A stretch of DNA of 64,000 bases from Calditrichota bacterium. Lineage in GTDB: Bacteria > Zhuqueibacterota > JdFR-76 > BMS3Abin05. The notes under the pieces are model-generated. The model was not told the origin of the DNA. It searched no databases and saw only the letters and a program-made list of their open reading frames with translations. Of the stretch, positions 40,185-49,185 are shown piece after piece (within the stretch, counting starts at the first letter, position 1; each line of letters starts with the position of its first letter). Made by a program: the position numbers and the translations under genes. The DNA lies in the NCBI GenBank assembly GCA_013151735.1, contig JAADHR010000179.1, positions 12,656 through 76,655 of the forward strand, written 5' to 3'.

Positions 40185-41561
40185 ATGCCCATGCGAATTT
40201 TATTGGTAGAAGATGAAAAACTCAAGCGCATTTCACTGACGGATGCTCTTGAGAGAAAAAATTTTGAGGTCATTCCCTGCGAAAACCCGATTGATGCGCT
40301 TGCTGTATTGGAAGAAGAAGCAGCCATAGACGTTATTGTCACGGACTTAAAAATGCCAAAAATGAATGGCATCGATTTCATTAAAAAAGTTCGTGAATTT
40401 GATAAAGAAATCCCTATTATTGTTGTAACCGCCTATGCCACGGTAGAAACGGCCGTGGATGCCATGAAATTGGGGGCCTACGATTACATCACCAAACCCT
40501 TTACAACCGATGAACTGATTCTTGTTCTGGATCGTCTCAGGGATTATCAGGAAATTGTGCGGGAGAACATTTATCTAAAAGCGAAAATACGAAGCCGTTA
40601 CCGCTTTGAAAACATTATTGGCCGCTCCAAACCCATGCAGGAAATTTATCGTATTATTCAAACCATAGCCGATTCGGATGCCACGGTCCTCATTCAGGGG
40701 GAGAGCGGTACGGGAAAAGAGCTTATTGCCAATGCGATCCATTTTAACAGCAACCGGCGAAACAAACCCCTTGTTTGTGTCAGTTGTGCCGCTCTAACGG
40801 AGAGCCTTTTTGAGAGTGAGATTTTTGGCCACGAAAGAGGGGCATTCACAGGAGCAGTAAAAGAGAAAAAAGGCCGTTTCGAACTGGCCGACGGAGGAAC
40901 GATCTTTCTGGATGATGTGGACGATATTCCCCTGTCGTCGCAGGTAAAACTGTTGCGAGTTCTTCAGGAAAAAGCGTTTGAGCGGGTGGGGGGTACAAAA
41001 AGCATTTCTGTGGATATTCGTGTGGTGGCCGCGACAAAGGTTAATCTTCTTGAAAAAGTCAAGCAGAATGAATTCAGGGAGGATTTGTACTACCGCCTGA
41101 ATGTTGTTCCCATTTTGTTGCCGCCGCTCCGGGAGAGAAAGGAAGATATTCCCCTGTTGATTGACCACTTCATGAGCAAATATCAAACAAAATCTCCCGT
41201 ACGAAAATTTTCAAATGACGCCATGAAAGTCATTCTTTCGTACGACTGGCCCGGGAATGTGCGGGAGTTGGAAAACATCGTAGAGCGCATTTGTACACTT
41301 ACCACGCATGAAATCGTTGAATTGGAGGATCTCCCGGATTTTCTTCTGGTTCCTTCAAAAACAACATTTAACTGGCGGGGATTTTATGGTCATCACCCTC
41401 AACTGGATTTTGCGGAACTGATTCGATCCTATGAAAAGGAGCTGCTGATTTGGGCACTTAACAAGGCCGGTGGAAATCGCAGCAAAGCGTCTCAATTATT
41501 GCAGTTAAAGCGTACAACTCTTCAGGATAAATTGAAGAAATATGGCCTTCAGGAGAAATAA
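40185..41561 (+). CDS. Sigma-54-dependent response regulator (NtrC family)
   Basis: REC (VIVTDLKMPKMNG), GESGTGKELIA, GAFTGA, ESEIFGH and a C-terminal HTH. Confidence 0.9.
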   Translation: MPMRILLVEDEKLKRISLTDALERKNFEVIPCENPIDALAVLEEEAAIDVIVTDLKMPKMNGIDFIKKVREFDKEIPIIVVTAYATVETAVDAMKLGAYDYITKPFTTDELILVLDRLRDYQEIVRENIYLKAKIRSRYRFENIIGRSKPMQEIYRIIQTIADSDATVLIQGESGTGKELIANAIHFNSNRRNKPLVCVSCAALTESLFESEIFGHERGAFTGAVKEKKGRFELADGGTIFLDDVDDIPLSSQVKLLRVLQEKAFERVGGTKSISVDIRVVAATKVNLLEKVKQNEFREDLYYRLNVVPILLPPLRERKEDIPLLIDHFMSKYQTKSPVRKFSNDAMKVILSYDWPGNVRELENIVERICTLTTHEIVELEDLPDFLLVPSKTTFNWRGFYGHHPQLDFAELIRSYEKELLIWALNKAGGNRSKASQLLQLKRTTLQDKLKKYGLQEK

Positions 41562-42141
41562 CAACACTGCCATCGTACTGGCGGGCGGAAGCAGCACCCG
41601 AATGGGCCGGCCAAAGGCTTTGCTTAATTTTGGCGGAATTTCGCTGATTGAGAGAGTGGTTCATCAATTGCGCCCGGTAACCGAGGATATTCGGATTATT
41701 ACAAATACGCCCGAATTGTACACATTTCTCAATTTACCCATGCACGCTGATTTTATTCCCGATAGCGGGCCCCTGGCCGGTATTTTTACCGGACTGGCGA
41801 TCACACGAAGCGAACCGGTTATTGTGATGGCTTGCGATACCCCCTTTATTACAACAGAGTATTTTTTCTTTTTACTGGACCAGTGGTCAGACAAGATAAG
41901 CTGTCTGATTCCCAAAATAGGCCGTTTTTATGAGCCGTTGGCGGGACTCTATTCCCATCGAGCCATGCCGGTGATCGAAGAATTATTAAAAAGCGGAAAC
42001 CGGAAAATTGAGTCCCTTTTTGACCGGGTTCCCACAAAAACGCTGAGCAAAAGAGATCTGGCTCAATTTGGGGATCTCCGTAAATTTTTCTGGAATATCA
42101 ATGATCCCGAAGGGTATGAAGAGGCGCTCAAACAGTTGTGA
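41542..42141 (+). CDS. mobA: Molybdenum cofactor guanylyltransferase
   Basis: AIVLAGGSSTRMGRPKALL N-terminal motif; length of about 199 aa. Confidence 0.8.
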   Translation: MAFRRNNNTAIVLAGGSSTRMGRPKALLNFGGISLIERVVHQLRPVTEDIRIITNTPELYTFLNLPMHADFIPDSGPLAGIFTGLAITRSEPVIVMACDTPFITTEYFFFLLDQWSDKISCLIPKIGRFYEPLAGLYSHRAMPVIEELLKSGNRKIESLFDRVPTKTLSKRDLAQFGDLRKFFWNINDPEGYEEALKQL

Positions 42142-42329
42142 CGAAATGCCGTCACATTGTCGAAAATGCATCATTTGCGACTGCTCAAAGGGATTCCTGG
42201 GACAAAGCCTTTTGGTTTTCACCTTTTGAAGAATCAAACGGTTACGCTGTTATGAAGGTTATCTGGACATATCGGGGGATTGAATGGCATAGCTTTTGTT
42301 GTAATTGATTTCAATCACATTATTCAATA

Positions 42330-42476
42330 TCTCCGAGTTCCCGAACCTACAGCCCAAAAGCCAGGGTTCTCGAACCGATAGGGTTCAACTGGAAACAGGT
42401 GAGCCTCCCGCGTTTGGAAAGGAGATAGCAGAGGAAAAATAGCCCCAATTTCCGAACGCGAAATTGGGGTTTTTTG
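42330..42476 (+). ncRNA. Candidate molybdenum-cofactor (Moco) riboswitch with intrinsic-terminator expression platform
   Basis: CUCCGAG...UCGAACCGAUAGGGUUCAACUGGAAACAGG...GAGCCUCCC...GGAAAGGAG resembles remembered conserved blocks of the Moco RNA motif (RF01055). Followed by hairpin AGCCCCAATTTCcgaacgcGAAATTGGGGTTTTTTG. Lies next to mobA. Confidence 0.4.
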
Positions 42477-42586
42477 TTTGAAAAATCTGTCGTAAAAATC
42501 CATAGAGAAACGCAGGAGACCGGGGAACGGATCAGAGAATATTGGATCTGCCTCCGGCAAATTAAATTTTTCCATTGGGAGGAAAC

Positions 42587-43219
42587 GTGGCTCATAAACA
42601 ATTTTTTGTTTCGCTTCAGGAAATGGTTCTAATTGCCCTTCTTGGTGCGCTTTGGGCAGCGGTGGAAATTCACGTTGGCTTTCTGCTGCACCTTGTAAAA
42701 TTACCATTTGCCGGAATTTTGTTAACGTTTTTTGGCGTGATCATTCTTTTGGTGGGGCGGACCTTTGTTCCACGGACGGGAACAGCCGTTCTAACCGGCT
42801 TGATTGCTGCTTTATCTACCTTCCTTTTCCTGGGCGCGATTGTCATCTACCCGATGATCGGCATCGTTATGGAGTCCATTTTTGTGGAAATCGGATTGGC
42901 CTTTCCCTTTTCTTCCCGAATCAATTACCAGGTCTCCGGTGTTCTGGGATTGCTGTGGAGTTTTTTCCACCCATTTATTGTTCAGGGGCTTGTTGCGGGT
43001 CTGGGATTTTGGAAGATATTCTCCATTGTCGTTGAAAAAGGGGCCAAACTTTTTCATCTGGCTCCCCAACAGGCGTTTATTGTTTTATTACTCCTGTTCA
43101 GTCTTTTTGCAGCGGCCGGATTACTGGCAGGTATGGTCGGGTGGAGTTTATCCAATCGCCTGCGTCACATGGTTTCGTACCACTGGCTCAGTCAAAAATC
43201 AATAAAAGGCACGGTGTGA
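42587..43219 (+). CDS. Small polytopic membrane protein (about 6 TM; ECF-S-component-like size), function unknown
   Basis: About 210 aa, hydrophobic throughout. Probable GTG start after GGGAGG. First gene downstream of the riboswitch candidate. Confidence 0.45.
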   Translation: MAHKQFFVSLQEMVLIALLGALWAAVEIHVGFLLHLVKLPFAGILLTFFGVIILLVGRTFVPRTGTAVLTGLIAALSTFLFLGAIVIYPMIGIVMESIFVEIGLAFPFSSRINYQVSGVLGLLWSFFHPFIVQGLVAGLGFWKIFSIVVEKGAKLFHLAPQQAFIVLLLLFSLFAAAGLLAGMVGWSLSNRLRHMVSYHWLSQKSIKGTV

Positions 43220-43288
43220 AAAGAAACAACAGAGCGGCTTTATTATGATTCTGGCTTTCCCGGTTTTTTTACAACATTTATCTGCCAT

Positions 43289-43834
43289 TTGTCTGAAATG
43301 ATACGTATTCTGATAACCGGTGAACAGGGTGTCGGAAAATCGACACTTACTCAAAACCTGGTTCAAAAACTGCATCTAAAGCCCTCGGGTTTTAAGACCC
43401 TTCCCATTTATGAAGGCCGCCAGAAATTGGGGTATTATCTTCAAGACCTGGAAACCGGAGAAAAGTATCTCTTTGCACACAGGCGTTTCAAAAGCGATAA
43501 GCGCTTGGGTGATTTTGGAATTCGTGAAGAGGTATTTGAGAAATTCGGAACACAAATTGTGGCGCAGGTGATGTCGAAAGAGGGCTGGATCGTCATTGAT
43601 GAGGTCGGAATTATGGAATCAGATTCCAGGCCTTTTGTGGATGCCCTGAAAAAGCTGTGGAAATCGCCCCGCAATCAGATCTGGGTCATCCAAAAAAGAA
43701 GCCCAATCCTGGGAATGCTCGTCAACCTGAGAGTGCCCTATCATCTATTCGACGTCACGGTTTCCAATCGTGGAGAATTGGCAAATGAAATTCTGAAAAC
43801 CATCCGGCACACTGCAAACAATGAAGAGGGTTGA
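43289..43834 (+). CDS. P-loop NTPase, THEP1/NTPase_1-like
   Basis: Walker A ITGEQGVGKST, Walker B WIVIDEVG; about 180 aa. Confidence 0.55.
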   Translation: MSEMIRILITGEQGVGKSTLTQNLVQKLHLKPSGFKTLPIYEGRQKLGYYLQDLETGEKYLFAHRRFKSDKRLGDFGIREEVFEKFGTQIVAQVMSKEGWIVIDEVGIMESDSRPFVDALKKLWKSPRNQIWVIQKRSPILGMLVNLRVPYHLFDVTVSNRGELANEILKTIRHTANNEEG

Positions 43835-44069
43835 GACCGGGACCAAACGGTACGCCCAATCTCGCTTTGGGATCAGAAAAATATTGACTTCTTTAATGAA
43901 CATTATTAATTTAGGGGTGTATTCAGGCATCTGTTCTAAAAAAGCCGTTGTCCGCGAATTTCACGAATTGATTTTATTGAAATGAAATTAGCGCGATTTG
44001 TGTAATTTGCGGTTTTTGAAGCAAACTCACTCATTCCGAAAATAAACCTATTTCGACAGAGAGGATCCG

Positions 44070-45263
44070 ATGAATTCATCTGCCAACCCTGCGATATTCA
44101 AGCATATTATTGAAAATCTTAGTGAAGGGATTATTTTTGTTGACACCGAGAATCGGGTTGTTTTTTGTAACCATGCTGCAGAGGTCATTCGGGGAATCCG
44201 GGAGGAAGATATCATTGGCAACTCGGTTATGGATTGTCATCCGCCCAAAGTTCGCCCCGGCGTGGAAAAAATTATCGAAAGTTTTCGATCGAACAATGCC
44301 ACTGAATATCGTCGAATGGTTCCCTCAGTCAATGGGGATCGCTATTACGACAATGTCTACGCCGCAGTCCGGGATGAAAAGGGACGTTTTGTGGGGATGA
44401 TTTTGGTGAGCCGGGATGTGACCGAGAAGGTCAAGATGCAGAAAAAAATGGAAGACTACATGAAGGTTCTTGAAGATCATGTTCAGGAACGAACAAAGGA
44501 ATTGCAGGAGGCCTACAAGAAATTAAAGAACGCTCAAAATCAAATTATTCAGTCTGAAAAAATGGCTTCTCTCGGGCGCTTAATTGCCGGAGTGGCGCAT
44601 GAAATTAATAATCCTCTGGATGGCATTCAAAACAGCATCCACAATATTATCCAAAATCCTGACGACCAGATGAAAAACATGGTCTACCTCAATCTTATTC
44701 TTGAGAATATCGGACGGATTGAAACCATTGTAAAGCAACTCCTGGGTTATGCCCGTGCGCGAAGCTACCGAATGGAAGCGGTTTCTCTGAGCGAAATTAT
44801 CGAAAAAACGCTTATTTTGTTGGAATATCGACTGTCGCGTTCGGGGATCGAAGTCATTAAGCAGTATCCGGAAAAGGACATTCTCGTTTTGGGCGATGAC
44901 AACCATCTGCAGCAGGTTATGATGAATGTCTTTCTGAATGCCATTGATGCCATGCCCGAGGGCGGGGAACTGCGGATCGAGGTCAAAGCAGAGAGTGAAA
45001 AATGGGCAAAAATAGCGATTGAGGATACGGGCGTTGGAATTCCAAAAGATGATTTACCGCGGATTTTTGATCCCTTTTTTACAACCAAGGAAGTGGGAAA
45101 GGGAACGGGATTGGGGCTGGCCGTCAGTCTCGGAATTATCGAAGAACATGGGGGAAAGATCATCGTGAAAAGTAAAATTGGACGAGGAACCACATTTTCT
45201 ATTTTGATTCCGCCATTAACATCCAAACAAACCAAACCCATTCTCTATGCAGAGATGAAGTAA
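44070..45263 (+). CDS. Cytoplasmic PAS-domain sensor histidine kinase
   Basis: PAS (IIFVDTENRVVFCNHAAEVIRGI), H-box AGVAHEINNPL, G-boxes DTGVGIP...GTGLGLAVSLGII. Confidence 0.85.
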   Translation: MNSSANPAIFKHIIENLSEGIIFVDTENRVVFCNHAAEVIRGIREEDIIGNSVMDCHPPKVRPGVEKIIESFRSNNATEYRRMVPSVNGDRYYDNVYAAVRDEKGRFVGMILVSRDVTEKVKMQKKMEDYMKVLEDHVQERTKELQEAYKKLKNAQNQIIQSEKMASLGRLIAGVAHEINNPLDGIQNSIHNIIQNPDDQMKNMVYLNLILENIGRIETIVKQLLGYARARSYRMEAVSLSEIIEKTLILLEYRLSRSGIEVIKQYPEKDILVLGDDNHLQQVMMNVFLNAIDAMPEGGELRIEVKAESEKWAKIAIEDTGVGIPKDDLPRIFDPFFTTKEVGKGTGLGLAVSLGIIEEHGGKIIVKSKIGRGTTFSILIPPLTSKQTKPILYAEMK

Positions 45264-45486
45264 GCCCTTCGCAGTGTCCCGATTCTGGGAGGAATTTCAT
45301 GTCATCCCCGACAATACCTGACGAAATTCCGTCACTTGTACAGAAATTCGTAAATTATGCCCCTTCATGCCAACTCCTGCATCTTGCCTATTTCTAATAA
45401 AATCAATAAGTTGGATATTTTACGCTTTCTTCTCAGGAATGGCACACTTCTTGAATATCAGGACAGCAAATACCTAAGGAGGAGCA

Positions 45487-46698
45487 TTGGAATCTATCCA
45501 ATCCATTGTTGCCACGATTTTAAAATACACAAAGACACTTCCTTCTGAAAATATCTCATTAATGAAATCTGTAGGTTGTATTGCAGGTGAAAACATCATT
45601 GCATCTGCCGATTTTCCGTCACGCACCCTTTCCCTGATGGATGGTTTTGCATCCCGCCACGAATGGCTGGAAAAAGCATCAAAAAAAACCCCTGTTACTT
45701 TAAAACGATCCCAAAGAAGCGTCTCAAAAAGGGTGTTTGAGAAAGATGTTGCCATTTCTGCCAGACTATTTGAACCCCTGCCCGAGGGTTTTGATGTTGT
45801 ATTTGGAGAAGAAGAGGTATCCGTGTCGCATCAGACAATTACCATTGAGAAACCCTTTCAAAAATGGACGAATGTGTTGCCTGCGGGTTCAAAAATACGC
45901 AAAGGCCGGGTGTTGCTGTCAAAGGGAAGCGAAATCACTTGTTTAGATATCGGTACGGCATCGTTCCTGGAGTTAGAATCCTTGCCCGTTATTCGAAAGC
46001 CGCGGGTGGCTTTGATTTTTGTTTGCCCGTCCATTCAAAATGTCAGGGACAGAGAGACGCTTGTAAAATACCTGAAGGGAATTTCAAATACCATTGCTGC
46101 GCAGGTCATAAAATATCGCGGTCTTGTCAGACGCTATAAAATATTATCTGATTTTTCCGGGGCCGATCGTGTCACAATCTCGCGTGCTTTGAAAAATGAT
46201 TTGATCATTTTTATTGGCGAATGCTCAAAAAGGTACCAGGATATTTTGATTGGCGTATTGGAGAAGAAAAATGTTCAATTTCATTTACACACCCAGAATG
46301 TGTACCCGGGATTATTCTTCTCATTCGGAACATTTGAAGACCGATTGATTTTCTTGCTCCCCAACGATCCCATTGGCGCCATTCTGAATTTTGAGGAATT
46401 TGTCCGGCCCGCGCTTTTTAAAATGAGAGGCAAAAAACAAATCACTCACGATGTGATCAATGCACGATTGGACAAGACCATTAATAAGTCTGAAAACCGG
46501 ATATCACTTGTTCAGGCCTCGGTTCACTTGAGAAATGGTGTTTTTTATGCCGTCCCTGTTGAAGAAAATCCATTTTCCAACCCGGAAAACCGGCGCAAGG
46601 TCAACGGCATTATTGTCCTTCCGCAAAATGTAAGGCAGCTTCCAAGGGGAAGCGTCACGCGTGTGCAAATACTCCGACAACCGGACTGGAATGATTAG
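45487..46698 (+). CDS. MoeA-like (molybdopterin molybdotransferase family) protein, divergent
   Basis: N-terminal ...FPSRTLSLMDGFA resembles MoeA ...VPGFDNSAMDGYA. PVIRKPRVALI, PGLFFSFG and LLPNDPIGA align with MoeA blocks. The GGVSVG motif is not conserved. Confidence 0.45.
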   Translation: MESIQSIVATILKYTKTLPSENISLMKSVGCIAGENIIASADFPSRTLSLMDGFASRHEWLEKASKKTPVTLKRSQRSVSKRVFEKDVAISARLFEPLPEGFDVVFGEEEVSVSHQTITIEKPFQKWTNVLPAGSKIRKGRVLLSKGSEITCLDIGTASFLELESLPVIRKPRVALIFVCPSIQNVRDRETLVKYLKGISNTIAAQVIKYRGLVRRYKILSDFSGADRVTISRALKNDLIIFIGECSKRYQDILIGVLEKKNVQFHLHTQNVYPGLFFSFGTFEDRLIFLLPNDPIGAILNFEEFVRPALFKMRGKKQITHDVINARLDKTINKSENRISLVQASVHLRNGVFYAVPVEENPFSNPENRRKVNGIIVLPQNVRQLPRGSVTRVQILRQPDWND

Positions 46699-46888
46699 CC
46701 GTGATCTGCGATCGCTGGTGGCCAATTGGGACGGACTCAAAGAAAACGGGGTGTTTCTAAATGGGTTAGAAAAAGCCTAATCGAATTAAAAAAGGAGGTG
46801 ATACGTCTTTCTGTTTTTGGATGTGGGTTTCACTTTTTAAAAAGGATACGTTTTTGAATTCAAATTCGGGAAAAGGAGGAAGAAACCT

Positions 46889-48376
46889 ATGAAAAAGTAT
46901 GTGATTGCGTTGTTTGTTGGTTTATTGACAGTTACACTGGTTTCGCCGTCGTTTGCGCAAAATGGAAAAAAGATCAAGGTTAATGGCCTGTACACGGCCT
47001 GGGGATTATCTCAGCAAAAATTTTTCTTTGGCAAGAATAATGGCAATGACGATTATTTTGTCCAGATGCTGCGATTCAAAATTCAGGCGGCCGCCAATGA
47101 CAATGTAAAGGCCGTCACGCGTTTTGATATTGCTCAGGGATGGTGGGGTGTGGATAATGCCCTGAGAAGTGCTAACCGGCCATATGGTGCTTATGGTGGC
47201 AGCAGCCTGTTTGATTTCAAAGATACAAATTATCTCTTCCACGTAGATCAGGCCTACATGGAATTTAAGGTGCCTGTGGCGCCAATCGTCATGCGCGTTG
47301 GACGGCAGCAATATCGGCTTGGAAATAAACTGGTTCTGGATAACAACCTGGATGGGATTCAGGCCGATGTAAAATTGAGTGATGTGCGGAAGATCACAGT
47401 AGGTTGGGCAAAGGTGTCTGAAGGAATTGACGGCTTGAGCGATAACGGTGTGGGGGCCGGCAAAAGTGCCTTTGGCGATACGGATGGGAGAGACGCTGAT
47501 GTCGTGTTTGCCAATTACACCTGTACGGCGTTTAGCTTTGCTAAAATTAATGCATTTGGATTGTATTACCGGGATGCCGGTGATGGAGACGGCAAAACCT
47601 ACGTTCCGGACGATCTCCAGTATTTCCGGGCACGTTTTACCCCGAATATTAGCTCTCTGGCCATTATTGGACTGGCCCCGAATTTCAAATTTGGGAAACT
47701 GGCTGTTGATGGAGAGTTCGATTATCTGACAGGAAAAGACAATGTTAAAAATACTACCTTCGGGCCCAAACAACGGCATGATATCAACAATGGAGATATT
47801 TCGGGTTTCAACCTTTACCTCAAACCTACCTTTGCCGCTACACCAAAAGTAAAATTGGGCGGCGTGTTCGGACTGGGTTCCGGTGATAAAGATGTTACAA
47901 GCGGAAAGGGAAATGTAAACAAGCTGCGAACATCCGGTTTCTTCTATGTAACGGAAATCTGGGAAGATTCCATTATGCCTGATGAAGAGGGCATTACACC
48001 TCAGGGGCTGGGTGCTCCCAATACACGCGGCTATCGAGAATTGGAAAACACCACTCTGGTACAAGCCAATGTAACGCTCAAACCAACACCTAAAGTGAGT
48101 CTCTTCGGTTCATACACATTCATTAAAGCCACACAACCGATTCATGCCTGGACGGTCGATGCCAATGGGAAAACAAGCATTTTGGCCGATAATTCCACTG
48201 CACTGGGAACCGAAGCCGATTTTAAAATTGATATGAAAATTTACCCGAAACTGATCTGGACGGTTCGCGGAGGTATTTTTATGCCCGGTGACGCCGCTGG
48301 CTATTTAATCAACGGAACGAACAAATGGAATGACAAACCTATTGAGTTAAAGACAACCCTTACGGTAAAATTTTAG
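46889..48376 (+). CDS. Secreted outer-membrane beta-barrel protein (porin-like)
   Basis: Signal peptide ...SPSFAQ. Alternating amphipathic strands. C-terminal ...TLTVKF. Confidence 0.5.
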   Translation: MKKYVIALFVGLLTVTLVSPSFAQNGKKIKVNGLYTAWGLSQQKFFFGKNNGNDDYFVQMLRFKIQAAANDNVKAVTRFDIAQGWWGVDNALRSANRPYGAYGGSSLFDFKDTNYLFHVDQAYMEFKVPVAPIVMRVGRQQYRLGNKLVLDNNLDGIQADVKLSDVRKITVGWAKVSEGIDGLSDNGVGAGKSAFGDTDGRDADVVFANYTCTAFSFAKINAFGLYYRDAGDGDGKTYVPDDLQYFRARFTPNISSLAIIGLAPNFKFGKLAVDGEFDYLTGKDNVKNTTFGPKQRHDINNGDISGFNLYLKPTFAATPKVKLGGVFGLGSGDKDVTSGKGNVNKLRTSGFFYVTEIWEDSIMPDEEGITPQGLGAPNTRGYRELENTTLVQANVTLKPTPKVSLFGSYTFIKATQPIHAWTVDANGKTSILADNSTALGTEADFKIDMKIYPKLIWTVRGGIFMPGDAAGYLINGTNKWNDKPIELKTTLTVKF

Positions 48377-48705
48377 GATAGCACACTCTTGTGTGGACGA
48401 GGAAAATGTGTATTCTTTTTCGGTTCTATTGGCTTTTTTGTGGAAAAGACAATCTTTTTGGAAATAGAACCCGGTCTTTTAAACCCACCCCCTGACTCCC
48501 CCTCCCTGATCTCCTCCCTGATCTCAGGGAAGGGGCCGGAGGGAGGGTCAGAAATGGAATGCTTTTCATGTTTCAAGAAAAAAGATCCACAAAAATTCCA
48601 GTAGAGCCTCTTTTTCTACAAGAAGTGAAAAGGGATGCACATTTCCTCTTATTAAAAATGCAGGATCGAGGATTATTTCCATTTAAAACCTAAGGAGGAC
48701 CAGCC

Positions 48706-49164
48706 ATGCCAAAAAAGTCTTTATGGATGCTTCCGGTTTTCATTGGACTGGTCGGGTTGTTGATTTTTCTTTTTTCGAATCGGAACGGCGGTTGGGTAAA
48801 CGCTTCACCCAAAGCCCGCGTTCTTGTTCAAGCGGATCAACACCCCGGCTGGCCGGAAAATAGAGCGGAGCTGGAAAGCAAAACCTGCCGGGGGTGTCAT
48901 ATGACGACCACTCCCGACGTGTACAAAGAATGGGCAAACGGCAGACATGGAATTGCAAATGTACGCTGCACCGTTTGCCACGGTTCATTTGTAGATTTTA
49001 AGAGTGTCCCTTCGGTGGAAACGTGCCGGAGCTGCCATGCCAAAGAATACGATCAAATGGTTCTCCCGGAAGGGAAAACAAAAATGACCTGCTGGCAGTG
49101 TCATCCGGCGCATTATGAATCGGTTCATCGGATTGATAAAACCAAACCTTCACCCTTTCATTAA
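48706..49164 (+). CDS. Membrane-anchored tetraheme cytochrome c (NapC/NrfH size class)
   Basis: N-terminal TM helix; 4 CXXCH (CRGCH, CTVCH, CRSCH, CWQCH); strong RBS AAGGAGG. Confidence 0.7.
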   Translation: MPKKSLWMLPVFIGLVGLLIFLFSNRNGGWVNASPKARVLVQADQHPGWPENRAELESKTCRGCHMTTTPDVYKEWANGRHGIANVRCTVCHGSFVDFKSVPSVETCRSCHAKEYDQMVLPEGKTKMTCWQCHPAHYESVHRIDKTKPSPFH

Positions 49165-49185
49165 ATAAAGGAGGTGAGTGTAGTT

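Noticed and set aside
42324-42707. 127-aa minus-strand ORF
   Set aside because: It overlaps the structured leader (riboswitch candidate plus terminator) and the start of the downstream membrane-protein gene. It has no RBS and an implausible composition.
48515-48528. Mini-palindrome CCCTGA-tc-TCAGGG as an RNA hairpin or terminator
   Set aside because: A 2-nt loop is sterically implausible and there is no U-tract. It is treated only as part of the larger repeat element.
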